A DNA stretch of 64,000 nt. Source: Tubiluchus corallicola. Taxonomy: Eukaryota > Animalia > Priapulida. The notes beneath the pieces are model-generated. The model was not told the origin of the DNA, did not search any database, and worked only from the letters and a program-made list of their open reading frames with translations. The DNA lies in NCBI GenBank assembly GCA_030141605.1, contig JAQGDQ010000404.1, positions 124,001 to 188,000 of the forward strand. Direction: 5' to 3'. Shown here in pieces: positions 13,801 to 26,800 of this stretch (positions are counted from its first letter, which is position 1; the number at the start of each line of letters is the position of its first letter). A program made the position numbers and the translations under genes.

Positions 13801-15408
13801 TTCTCAACAAATGCAGCATTTTCAGGTGTTGCTTTGCATGCACATATTTTGCTTGTTGCTTGCTTGTTTGTCAATGTGTTAGTTAAAAAAACTGTGTACA
13901 GTTCAGTAAAATTTTATATAGAAGTAGATTGTATGCGGCCTAAAAATGGTCAGATTCTGGTAAACAATTTGAAAATAACAAATAAAATAGATTTATTTTT
14001 AATATTAATAAACTCTCAGTTTTGTTGGAAGAATCCATTTTTATCTCATTTTTTAGAAAAAGTGTATCACATGACTATTAGTTATTTGACTTATCTGGAA
14101 TCATTGGTTTCTGTTTTGTAATCATACATGTGTACCACTCAATGAACAGCATACAAAAACTGACGTTTGAGTGAGGTCCTTTTGCACCCCACTACTTGCC
14201 ATTAGCTTGTCATAAATGAAATGTAATAAAGACGATAGATATATGAGAGATTTGGTAATACTACCATACAATTAAAACATAGACATTGAAACACTGGGAA
14301 AGAAACCTGTTAGCAGCTTTAAGAATCTATCTTAATATACGTGTTTTAGATGTGGGTTGCTGTGCACTCCATTGCCGATGTGCAAGAGTTAATTATTTGA
14401 ACGTTCTTTTGTTTTATCTTATCTTGTCTTCTGCTTTTCTCAAGCTGAGATGTGAACTTTGAGAATTACAGTAGTTTATTCATGACTGCCATTTTAACTA
14501 TCATTCTTACCCTCAGCGTTGCCGTGTTAACAAATCAGTGTGGTTGAGCTTCCAGTTTACCAATAGTCACTGACTGTTATGAATAGCTTGTAAATGACTT
14601 GTGCATTATTGATACAGTATCATAGCAAATCAGCTTAGGTGCCATTTAGGTTTATGTTCTGCTGCAATTATGTAATTATTTAGGCAAATGCACTGAGTTA
14701 GGTCATGCAACATTTGATAAAAGGCGCTATTTTAAATAACTGCTACTAATCAATCCACAAAGTATCCGTAACAAAGTAGTCTAATGTAATGTAATGTTCA
14801 CTGTTCTCAGTAATGCAAAGAATGTTTTGTGCAGTGTGTCTATGCTAAACTGCAATCAGTAAAATAGCATACAGTTTTACAAATTTGCAGCTAGAAACTT
14901 TTCACTGATTCAGCTTTCATAATGTCATAAGGTACTAAGCAATGCATTTTGACATTTTCAGCAACAGTACCTGAACTGGGTATTACAACACACCTGTCCC
15001 TGTGACAAATTTGTTGAACTCCTGAATTAAACATCTGACTTTTTAGTGTAGGCTTTGAAAGCCTCCTTTATGGTAGTGTAGTGTGTTTGTTGGACCCATC
15101 AACTTGTGGATATGTCTCCAGTCACTCATTCAAGCATTCAGAGCTGCTGTTGTTTAACTTTGAAGAGGACTAAGCTGTACTTTGAGATTGTGCTAGTATT
15201 CTCACACATCCAGCATGCCGGGTGTTTTCTCTCTATTCTCTGCCCGAGGATACTTGGATCTTGAAGCAAAATTAAAAAAAGGAAAACACTGTATAATTGA
15301 TACTCTACATTGTTTGTGTAACTGTGTTTACATACAAGTTTTTTTTATTTTTAGGAAATCAAGAAAGTTTACCAGATTGAAAATGCCTTGATCGAGCCAA
15401 GAAAGTAG
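4894..15408 (+). CDS. NSMCE4A: Nse4/NSMCE4A kleisin subunit of the SMC5/6 complex, ~405 aa
   Basis: Exons 4894-5296, 6548-6628, 6814-6944, 7246-7370, 7638-7740, 9973-10066, 11673-11761, 12884-13021, 15355-15408, all GT-AG and in phase (1218 nt). Nse4 motifs: [80 protein letters not shown]. Confidence 0.95.
5498..6273. mobile_element. Non-autonomous hAT-type element in NSMCE4A intron
   Basis: Perfect 15-bp TIR TAGGGATGCACCGAA / TTCGGTGCATCCCTA; 8-bp flanks ACTGGTAT and TCTGGTAC (6/8 match, decayed TSD); no transposase. Confidence 0.8.
10437..11100. mobile_element. Dispersed repeat, probable MITE, copy 1
   Basis: Collinear with 16095-16620: GTAATGTGC..TGCATGAT..TATTCACT.GAACG..TTGCTATC..GCATCATGCAGCAAT, TTGCAAAATGTTATG, ACAT.GAAAC.GTCAAT.CG. 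Boundaries approximate. Confidence 0.65.
11115..11186. repeat. Tandem duplication, ~36 bp x2
   Basis: CTTAAAA(A/G)AATGATGTCTAA...AATATGAA occurs twice in tandem. Confidence 0.7.
12075..12570. repeat. Degenerate minisatellite, unit ~28-30 bp
   Basis: Recurring AATAATAAG(A/G)AAG(T/C)ATGCA(C/A)CTTG-like units, e.g. AATAATAAGGAAGCATGCACCCTTG, AAATAGCAACAAAGTATGCAACTTG, AAAGAAGTATGCACCTG. Confidence 0.55.
13088..13210. mobile_element. Tigger/pogo-like terminal fragment
   Basis: ACCTCGGGTTATGAAC...GTTCATAAACCGAA...TTCCCATAAGAAATAGAGTAAATTGGATTAAT resembles Tigger-type ends as I recall them; the partner end is not clear. Confidence 0.4.
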
Positions 15409-16094
15409 TTTTTCGTAAGTCAGGATAGGTGCCTTAAGATTTTTTTATTTTGATAAGGGACCAAACTATGATATAAGCATACTTTTTGAAAATTGTCACG
15501 CTCATGTGTTCTTGTTTTGTTTTTGTTGCTCCTTATATTTATGCTACAGTTTTGTTGTTTCACAAGCTATAATCACTTATTGTCTGATTATTTTACTTGG
15601 CAACTGTTTTAAAATACTTTTAATAGTACTTTTACATTGCAAAACAAATTAAAAATTATGTGGGCCCAACCAAGTACTTATGTCTGTCTACATATTGTTG
15701 GTAGTCAGTAGTTTTTTATCAATATTATTCCACTACTAGTGCAAGTGATATTATAATATTATTATTCTTGTAAATATGTCACATATTTTGCATAAAAGTC
15801 GCATTTTAGTTAAAATTTAAATGGTTAAAATTTATGCATAATATGTTACCAATTGTCTAACCCAAACCTGATGAGTCGACATCATGTTATATGATGTACC
15901 TTAAGATGTGCCTTTTACCTTAAATTGCTTGGCATTCAGTAAAAATTTTTTGACCACTGCAGTAGCAGTGTCATAGTCTTTGATTTTATTGTGCTATTGC
16001 TCTTTTTGCAGTGATTACTACTTGACTATTACAGTTCACACACACTGCAGAATTCACAGTTGCTCCCGAAACGTTCTACCTGTATGTTAAAGAT

Positions 16095-16620
16095 AAGACT
16101 GATGTGCACCTAATGCATGACCCTTGATGCGGAATGTGTATACAACACGCATTGTACTCAAGCCCGTAATGTGCCGTGCGTCATGCATGATCCATATTCA
16201 CTGGAACGTTGCTATCATCTGAATACGCATCATGCAGCAATACATAAACAGGAATCTGACATTACCTAGATGATTTGATCGAGATGATTTTCAAGTTTCA
16301 CTTCAAATCATAAGCACAGTAATATTTCTTACATCTGAGTCCTGACTGGCAGAAGCAGCATGTAATATTATTTATTGAGCTTTCTCTGACTATAGCTTTA
16401 ACACGATTTGCTTTAGTTTGCTCTCTCCATTGCAAAATGTTATGCACTTATACCTGTGTTTTCTTTCCGTCTGATAGTACAGTAGCAAGCTAATGTCGTG
16501 TCTGTAACTTTCATAAACAGCAACCAGAAGTGCAGCCTTCTTAACATGGTACTCGCAGCCACATTGAAACAGTCAATACGCATTAGCATCATGCCTTACG
16601 TGCATGTGAAGTCCTACTTT
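16095..16620. mobile_element. Dispersed repeat, probable MITE, copy 2
   Basis: Homologous to 10437-11100. Imperfect TIR: left TGCACCTAATGCATGA versus reverse complement of right end TGCACGTAAGGCATGA (14/16). Confidence 0.65.
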
Positions 16621-17813
16621 AATATATAGCAATAAAATGCCAAATTGTTTCAAAAAGTTAAATCAATGAATTTATTAAATTTAAACAACTACAAAAGCTT
16701 ATAGGTTATTTTTGTCACAACAGTCAAATTCATTAACTTAATAAAGCAGTTATAATAATGTATAAATGAAAACAATTGTATGTCAGTGCATAGTTGTCTT
16801 AGATAAAATGTGTAGGTCTTTGACCTCTTTTGATCTCTTTATCATTAAATTCAAAGAATACTGTGACATTAATTTTGTTCTGCGAGCTTATGAAATGAAT
16901 GTCTCTTGTCTAACTGGTCATATCTCATGATCTAAGTTGTCTTGCATTTCTTTTAATTTTTGTACCAGATGCGATACTACAGCTTTACTTTGTTTGCCAT
17001 ACAAAAGAATCTGTGATTTACAAATTCAGTGTTCTATTTTAGCTCCTTGTTAGCTGATATATATCGTGATATATGCATTAACAAAAACGTGATCTTGAAA
17101 TGTGCATAAATACTTAAATACTCTTGTAAGAACTGGTTTGTTTTGTTAAGATTGGCTGTTTAATTGTTATAGACAGTTTTGGTAAAACAAGTAATATATG
17201 TAGCTAGTTTTCTACTTTTAATAAATCTCTTACAATAATGCATCGTCATATGAGTAAACTATGCAACAATGGCAAGTTCCTGTAATTAATCTCATTATAA
17301 TAAAAATTATATGCCTTTCCATCTGCTGTTATGGTTATACGTTCGTAATTATATAAATTCAAAAACTGAAACTGAATACAAAACGCATAATATGTTATAT
17401 ATGTGTAAAAGGAATCAATACATGCGTAACCTACCTACTTATAAAAAGAAAGTATTGTAATATGCCAACATAATTTGGCTACCAATACATGTCTTGGGCA
17501 GTAACATGTCATTTTGATTATTGAGGGGATGGTTGAATTTAGTGTAAATGGCCGTTTCACATTGTCAATGTTTTGTACAAGCTCAGCCCTAATTTGTTTG
17601 CGTTATTGCACTCAATATGATTTGGAAATGGTAGAATGATCACAAGCAGAGTGATGACCTTAAAACTCATTCTGTGTAGCCATCCTCCTGTTGATCTCAC
17701 TATTCCTCTTCTGGTTGTAATCTCAAATTGCGTCCATTGAGAATGATCTTTTCGTACATTGATAATGTCTGAAATTAATCACAAAGCTCATCTGCTGTTA
17801 ATAGGTGATGACC

Positions 17814-20800
17814 TCAAGACTCATCCATGAAGGTGATGCGATCATCCAAATCTTCCATCTGTGCCAGTGGTATTCCATTCTCACCTTTTTGAACTGGAAC
17901 CACTTTTTCTGTTGGACCAGGTGCACTATTTTGTTCCAGAATGGTGGCACCACCTTCGCCAATTTCTAAGAGTGCCAGATTAGCCTTGCCATCGTCTATG
18001 ATGTTGTCTTGTTTTGTCGAAGCCTTGGCTTTGTCCACCACAACTACCACCTGTGGTTTCTCTGGTTTTCTTTTCTCGCAGTTGAGGACAAAGAGCCTGT
18101 AGACCTGCATGCAGATGACGAGTGTGTTCTTCGATGTAAAAAATATGTGCATGTAACTGATAACATTGTACTTGAAGATGAGACAGAGGCGCAGACACAG
18201 AAATGGAACATCTTGGAAGAACAGACTCATCAAAATGCCCCAGACATTTGTAGTGCAACAAGTTTGGGCACAGCTTGCATTATATGAAGCCTCTTTTGGA
18301 ATAATAGTTCCTACAATATGATGAAAACACTGTTAGCCGTATCTTAGATTAACCTACTTTAAGTAGTAGTTATCAGTAGTTTTTAATTTTAAAATTATGT
18401 GAACGTTGCATAGTGCACCAAAGACTTTTTATGACTTTGTTTTATAGCTATTCGTACAACATTATTTGAGTTGCAGAACTCACTTAAAGTCACGTGGGAT
18501 CATAATTAAATTTTGGATTCATAACACAGTTATTATCTTTACATCAGGTTAGCATATAAGAACACATTGCACATACCTAGCCTAGATTTGCGTGACTTGG
18601 CTGCCGTCAGCACTAGAGTAAACTGAAACAAGCTCCATGTCCATATGCTGAGGATCACAATCGTCAGGACAACATCATAACGGACTGTCTCCTCTTTGAA
18701 TGTCTCGAAGAACTCAATGATGTCTGCAGCTGTACCGATGTAGACCAGAAGCAGCTGGGAGAGTTGGTCTCGAGAAAGATCACCTTTGGGAAGCATCCAT
18801 CGTCCGATAATAAGTATGAAGAGGAGCAATTGTTCAATGGCCAGAACCCATGTTTCCGGTGAAAGCTGTATTGGCAGCTCGAATGATATCTACAGCAAAG
18901 AAAGTGCGTAAGCTATAGCAAAACTTATCTGCTAAGGTATCTACAATTCTACAGTGGATTAGAAAGGAAGAATGTTGGAAATTTTTCTAGAGTTGACGAT
19001 GTAACATAAAAGTATTCTAGCCCGCTCTCGAATGCATGTGCATTTGACTTGAGTAACATTGAGAGTTACAAAATTCTCTAACATGCACTTTAAAGGAAAA
19101 AAGCATTAGCTGCAACTACTAGCAATAATTCCTGTTTATGGCATTTTTCACTTTTTGAACCGATAAAGACTGTAAGCTTGTCCAGTTTAACTTAGTTGGG
19201 GATGGTTTAATTCTGCACCATTTCATGCTTTGTCAGCAATGTTGTCTCAACCGAGGATTGCAGACTACAGTATTGTAACAGTGGTGGGTTTGTTACCTCA
19301 TTTATGGCAGGCAACTTGTCTAGTAGATCCCGGTATTTTCTTGGAATGTTCGTAATATGCTTACATTTGCCTAAGCGCCAATGTTTTGTCCAGATTTCTC
19401 ACCAGGTAGTGTAAACTTAACCAAATATTGAACAATGGTAGGCTTTTCCACTGTTTACAAGCATTGATTATTACTGTTATTAGATTTTGTTCAAACTGTG
19501 AATGGCTCGTGACTGCCTGGTTCGGTATTCACTTTGGGCAGTTTTATTTGCTACACCGATTTTGGTTGTTTGCCGTGAAGGGAGCAGCATGGATATATAT
19601 CCAATCGTAGCAGAGAGACACCTCTATAAGTTCAGTGACTCTTGCTAGAAGGTTAGCTTTGATGATGAGTCAGGATCCAGTTTTGCTACAAACGTCAAGG
19701 TGTTAAGTACGCCCTGCCATTGATTTCGTTCAACAATGTGCCGAAGCTTATAAAGAATAGATGTGTTAAGAGACGTTTTGTTGCTGAGTTTACTTACCCC
19801 TAGATACTCTATTTTGTCCAGCGAGTCGGAAGCACTTGTCAAACTCAGGTTGAACCCTTCCCTCACGGCTATTCTTCGGTCAAGACGATCTAACTCTAGC
19901 AACCATATTGATGGTACCACACTTGCCAAGTAGAAAAACACACTGGGACAAAACCTGCACAATAAGAACTATTTAATCAGCATTTGTCAGTAATAAGAAA
20001 TGGCAATGGAAGTGGTCACATCGTGTGTACATGTAGTTTACTACGTAATTACATAAATGTACGAAAACGATACTAAATGAGAATGTATAAAAAATTTGTA
20101 TGTCTACTTCTTCATCGAATCCAGCACCTGCTTTCCGAGCACCTATACTAACCACTACACCACAAAGGTACTCTGACTTTTCAGACTTAGAAACTTACAC
20201 TCTAAACTACTAGAGGTCTATAAACAGGGAATCATAGTCCATACTGCATCAAGACATGGTCCGAAATTAATCACACAAATGCACGAATGCAATACTAAAT
20301 TAGTTGACAATGTTGTTGACGTGGCAGAAACTGAAGATTTGCAAACAATAGCAACTGTTACAGAATTAGACCTTGAAAAAACGTCTGGTTTTTGTTTGAA
20401 AGGTACAATTTTGATTTTATTGAATTCGCATTGTTTAGTTACCTCAGTTAAATTTAAATCACAAATTGTAACTTTTCAACTTGTGACCCATGAGTCAAAG
20501 GTCAACTGATCTCTTGCCAAGTTATACCATTCAATTCGTCTCATCGAGACTTTCATTTGATATTATATAAGCTAATTTCAATCAACAATGGAAGGCATTT
20601 GTCTCCGTGACCCCTGTTTTAACTGCCCCTACTGGGGTCAGGGAGTAAATGGGGGGGGGGGTAAGAGAACTCGGCGTAACTTACAAGCCACTATTCTTCA
20701 AGACTAGTCGACCCACAGATTTTCAGGTTTTGGCTCATAGCGGATTTTTTTCGCCTTCCAGATGACCCATATTCAGCATGCAAAGTTTCGTGACTCCAGC

Positions 20801-23800
20801 TTGTTTACTTTTTTTGTTACTGACAGAATCCTTTTTCAACATTTTTCCCATGCTACATGACCTGGCCACATCCACTTTCTGATAAATACTTATTGCACGT
20901 GCATAAAGGTTAAATGTACCACAGCAACGCGTCTTAACTACAATTGTCACGTGACGAGTCAGAGTTGTTAAAACTTATGGTTTTGAAGTCAGTGTCGACA
21001 CTCGGGAGTACGCTTATTGTTATAGGAGTCGATGACTATATTTACTTTTAAGTTAACGCAATTTTTGCATAACGTCCCATTTTGGCATATACCCTTGTTT
21101 GGCTACCCATACATCCAAAAACATAGATTCGTAATCCAATACGGTAAGAGGAGCTGAGTGACAAAGTTATCTGCACTATTTTTCACATTTTGCCCCCTAT
21201 CGCTCTGACCTTTGACCCAGAGGTCACCTTTCTTGTAACATTTCTGAACACCTAACTGTATCTATCCTGCAAGCTTTGTAATTCTAGCTCTTATACTTAG
21301 GGAGTTATTAACATGACTCCGTTTTTTGGCTTTGGTTCCCATCTCAGGCTTTTAAGAACTCCCAAAAGCTAGGCGACGCAAAATCATAGGAAAGGAATAA
21401 GGAAAAGGATGAGAGAGAACGGGAGAATGTAGAAGAAACAGGGGTAAAGAGAAGAAATGAGGGGGAAGGAAAGTCAGTAGAAATTTGGATGATGAAAGAG
21501 AAAAACGACAGGAGGAAGGGAGTTGGAAAAAGACAAAGAAAGAGAAGAGCGGAAAAACAAACGAAGTGAGGGAAACGAAGCGAAGATCCGGTCGGCCGGA
21601 GAAGCGCCCCAGGGAAAAGCAAAATGGGAGATAAAAAGAGAAACAGCTAGAGAATGCAAAAGGATTGGGATCACTAAAATTCGTTGATCTAAGCATGCTT
21701 GCATTTGAACGTCCGAACACTTCTGGTCTGAAAGGCTTTTCCTAAGTAGGGAAGCCAGACCTCTCACTGTGTTTACAGGTACGCCCGCTAGGCCACTATT
21801 CGTATAAACTATCGCCACTAAACGTACACAGATCCGCTGGTGCCTGTTTTGCTTTTGTATAAACGCTCATAGGCATAAATAATAAAGCGATAGGAGGAAA
21901 ATAAACTAGGTCTATAAATTTACACGTGTTATAAACTGGAACGCTCAGGGCATTTGTTGATCACTGTTCTGCATCGGTTCCCGGCCAGTGCCGTAAAATG
22001 ATTCGTGTCTAGTAATTACACCCGCCATTCCTCGTGTAATTGCAATTTTATTACGACTTGGTGCAAAACGTCTGCAATTTTCTTTAAACAAGCAATGTTT
22101 TTACTGTCTTGTGTTTTTGCTTGATTTTTTGCTCAACAGACACGAGAATTTTGCAGATGAAACGTTCGTGAGTTATTGGGCAACCAGCCAACGCTTTTTT
22201 CTTTTTGCTTTTCACGGCGTTCAACATAGTTCCCGCTGATAGACCTCTAACGAATTTAGTGTAAATTTCTAAGTCTGAAAAGCCAGTGTACTTCTGTGGT
22301 GTAATAGCTATCCGTCAACCAAACATGCTTGATAATAACTTAACCGTTAATTTGCATAGTTATTGATATTGTTGGATCTAGTTTAGATGACACAAGCCTA
22401 GCGGCAACCAAAATTATTAGGCAACTTTATTTTTCAATTTGTTTTGTAATTCAGAAGACCTGCTTGTAGTTATATAGTATATTACTTTTTTTAAAAATTT
22501 CTCAGGGTGTTTTTTCAGGGAGTCAAATCATTAAAAAATTTTGACAAACAATTAAGTTGACAATGAAATTATCTGAAATTTTGGTCTCGTGGGAGCATAG
22601 GTTGTCTTAATAAGAAAAAGAAAATAAAGAAAAACGAAAAGGTTGATTGACTGAAAAGATTGACACAGAACACAGACAAACAGAACGCTGCCCCGTCAGT
22701 GCAATTCACTCAGTGTAATGGTCTACGAAAAAAATGGTAAAACCTTAAAAAGTAAACACGTTGAAACGTTAGTAATGCATCACTATCAAATTAAATATGT
22801 GCTTCCTCAGATAAAACTTAGAATTAGTGGTTTTAAAAAAAATTAGGTGGTAAAGAGCCTAAAATAACATTCTTTGCAATCCTTAGTGCAAAAACTAACA
22901 AATAAAATGTATAAAACTTCGTCGCGCCAGGACTTTCCCAGCTACTACAATCAAGTTCACAGCCGCTATCATTTCAAGAATCCCCTTTTTAGGCTGAAAC
23001 TGAAAATGAAGTTCTGTGTTACTGTGTGAATCACAGATGGAATGCTATTACCATTGCCTCGCCGCTATCAGTTGAATCGGTAGTCTTTAATAATAATTTG
23101 CAACCTGACCCCCAACCAAATGACTTTAGACCATCAGAAAATCGGTCAAAGTTACGTGTGAAATTTGATGAAGTACTGTACATCAATCACACACGATGTA
23201 CACACCGCCGCCAACAACAAGTACTCACTCACGAAGAGTTTTTAAAGTGCGTGCAAAGTCTCGCTGGATGTGCAATGTGTGAATTTAGTTTAAATATTTA
23301 CGTCGCGCGCACGCGCGCGTGTGTGTGTGTGTGACGTCACATAATGGCGAAGTCGGAACAGTATCGCGGGAAACTTGAAATAAAAGAAAGCGGGATTTCT
23401 TTTAACGTGCGTACGATATACGCTTAAGGCTGTAATAAACTAATATAATTTTTTAAGTCGATTTTTCTGAAGCCTACTTCATAGACCCCCTTTCTTGTCC
23501 TTTCAGTTAGTTGAGCATTCGTGCCCGTACTAATGGGTGACATTTAAACGAAGTTACCGTTGTCGTTGCCTTTACCGCCTCCGCTGCCAAGTATACTGTG
23601 ACCCAAAAAGGTTGTTGATTACGTAAACGTTTATTTACTGGGAACCTCTTTGACGTGAGCTCTTTAATGTGGCAATCAGAGTCAATGTCAAGATGAACTA
23701 GTTTTTTACTGATCCAAGCTGTAGAGTACTGAACTTTAATTTTCAGTGATATAACTTGAGGGAAATCACTGATGTTTTTCTTCAAATACGCAAAATCCCA

Positions 23801-26800
23801 GTCTAGTGAAGAATTAATTATATTTACCCAAATCATGCCATGCAGGGCGCATAAAAACTGAGAGACAAAGTCGAATCGTGTTTTACAGTGTGGGTTTGTT
23901 TGTTGATGCTGCCGGTTTAGAGCCTCGTTTAAGATCGAAAAATTGCTAATATTGAATTTTTGTGCTAAACAAAAATACACATATTCTTGAATTTGCCGCA
24001 TTAAGTCACGGAGTATTCTTCTAAACATGGAAATAAACTTTTGTTATAAATCGTTCGTTTTATTGTGTTATGACAATTATACTGCATACATAATTTCACT
24101 AAATCAGTAGGCCCTATAACCAAAAGTCGGCCCCATTACCTATAATATCTATGTTTTCCACCGATATCTATTTCTTAGTACCTGTTCCGTAAACATAATC
24201 AGCAAGACGAACACGGGATTGAAGTCTGGCAGTTTGTTTCTACAAATTTCCTGCGTTTAATTCTCATTTTTTCGTCGTCTTTTCTGGCTAGAAGATTGCA
24301 ACAATCCCGTATGGAGCCCTGGACCTCTTGACCGCCCACATTACAATAAGACCATAATGCTTATTGAGTCATTGGTCCAATCAGGTAAAAGCATAGCCAG
24401 GGCATATTATAGCACTGCTCAGAACCCATTGTTCTCCCGTCTCTCCCATATATATACGCATTATATTTTATTCGTGAGATTTAAGCCCTATTTCGTGTAT
24501 AGCCCTGCACGGAGTGCAACTTAATTAAAACATTTATTTTTTTCTAAATAACATAATGCGTGTTCAGTGCTGGTAGTATGACTTGGCTGGCCGTAAAAAT
24601 TCCAATTATCTAAATATTTTAAACTACAGTAAAATTTCGATATAACGCCTAGTTTGGGACTGCAGAAAAAGATGGCATTAAGCGAGTTTGGTATTATAAT
24701 AAGGTGCATGAGTACATACCTGTCTTTGCAAAAATAGACATTTTGTTTGCCAAAAAACGAGGTTGGCATTACAAAGGGGTTGGGGGCATTATAACGAGGT
24801 TTGACTGCATTTGTGAGTAACAAATATGTTAACTTGTTTATCCGATTTCCATGACTTTTGTATCTTTGAAATTGTCTGTAATATTTATAGTTGTTAATTG
24901 CGTGCATATATACGACTCCGCCGTAACTTGCTGCGTAATCTTACATAATAGGTTTATTAGCTTACTGGACGTTTCCGCGGAGCGTTATTTGGCGGAACAT
25001 TATGTCATTAAGTGTGTACAAGACACGAATGCTTGGGTGAATTCTTTGTGCTAATGCAAGCGATGATTCGTTATCAAAGTTCCAAAGGCACGTTCATCAC
25101 CGTCCATCTGTCCATCCCCTGCATGCGTAGTATTAAACAGTCCACATGGCTGGAAAAAGATCGCCTTGATTGATCAAGCAGAATATCACTCGGACACATG
25201 GTATTCAAAAGTATATGTTGTATTTTGTAATAATGTTAACAGTTGATAAAAAAACATGTTAATAATTTTTCGTGTGCAGAATGCAATAACGAAATGGCAG
25301 TGTACGAAAAAGAAGAAAAAAACTGAAAAAATTTCATAAATTATTATGCTGTAGTAACATTATTTATACGCACTTTTTAAATTTTTATTCTAATGGGAAA
25401 TCCTCAATGTGTATTACATCACTAATGAGACCAGATTAATTTCTAAAACTCCACGATGAATGAAGATATACAGGGTTCATTATTTGCTGTCAAATGCCGA
25501 AAAAAGCTCAAATAGTCAAATAAAATTTATTTGAGATCAAAGTGAGACTAACAGAAAAAAATGTGCAAAATCGTTATTGTAGCGCTGAACGATTTTTTGT
25601 TTTCAGAGATTCAGCTTTGCACCTGAACTTTGTTGTACCAAAAACGTCCTAACCCGTGGCTTTGTTTTTTCTCCTAATTGTAACACGTACTGGTACGTAG
25701 TTCTATACAAAAACATCTAATCTTGTTGATTTTTATAGCAATATTTTCATTAAATTTGGGAGCATTAATGAAAGCATTAATATGTCACGCCGCAATTTAA
25801 CAGGTGATAAAATTCAGATCATTTGAACTACTGAATCACCTACAGATTCGCCGGAGATTTTGAGTGCAATTGCCCTAATTCCGGTACAATTACGAAGTTT
25901 AGTGAGGCAAATTAAAAGGGGCACTTTTAACGTGACGGGATATATTGAATTTTAGGGTACGTTCATACTAACGATGCTACCCTACAAATTGCGACTTCTT
26001 TCAACCTATAGTAAGGCCCTATAAATTATAAATGAGTGTGAATTGAGTACTTGAGGAATAGCACAAAATGCGTGAATGCGCAAGGAATAGCTCTAAACGA
26101 ATACATTTCGGGCGTTTGAAGGCTGAAGCACAAGTTTTACACAGATTTCCATACGGTTAATTAGGTAAAACAAACTTTAAAGTGGTTACTTCTGGTTAAA
26201 ATTGGTTGGGCGCATGGCACAGCCGCCCATGTGCTTATGAATTCAACTTTGGGTAGCTGTCAGATGGCTTGAGGGCTGCAGAAAATGTTAACATTGGAAC
26301 ATCACGCACTTAGCCATTAACATGTATGTCATGTATGTTATATATTTTGTTTATTTTATATATAAATATATATTATATATATCTTATATTTGCTGTGATA
26401 ATGTTTGTCTATCTCCGTTGTCAATAGCTAGAAAATAGTGAGATATAAAAATTGCCCAAATTCACTGATATGAGTTATGTAACTACACATCAACACTCTA
26501 GTAGGCCTAAGTCTTGGTTCTATTATTACTTCTATCGATCTAGCATTCGATAAATAATTTGAGTTTGGATACTAGCCGATTTTGGTCACCATATTGGATG
26601 TGGTTGTTGTATTCAAAGTCGAGCCCTAAAACCACCAAACAAACCACCAAATAATAAATATATTGGACGATTATGCAGTAGAATATCCAAAAAGTGCTAT
26701 TTTGGACATCATTTTGGCCGCCATGTGGTGGGGAAGTCACCTAAATTGACACTAGCCTACAACCTTCAAGGGGCCATTCCGAGTCATATAGTACACTCAC

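Noticed and set aside
21344-21818. Three overlapping hydrophobic ORFs
   Set aside because: Reverse translation of a GA-rich low-complexity tract.
23507-24028. 173-aa ORF in the TMEM26 intron
   Set aside because: No recognisable domain or splice support; probably chance or decayed TE. A BLAST/HHpred search would settle it.
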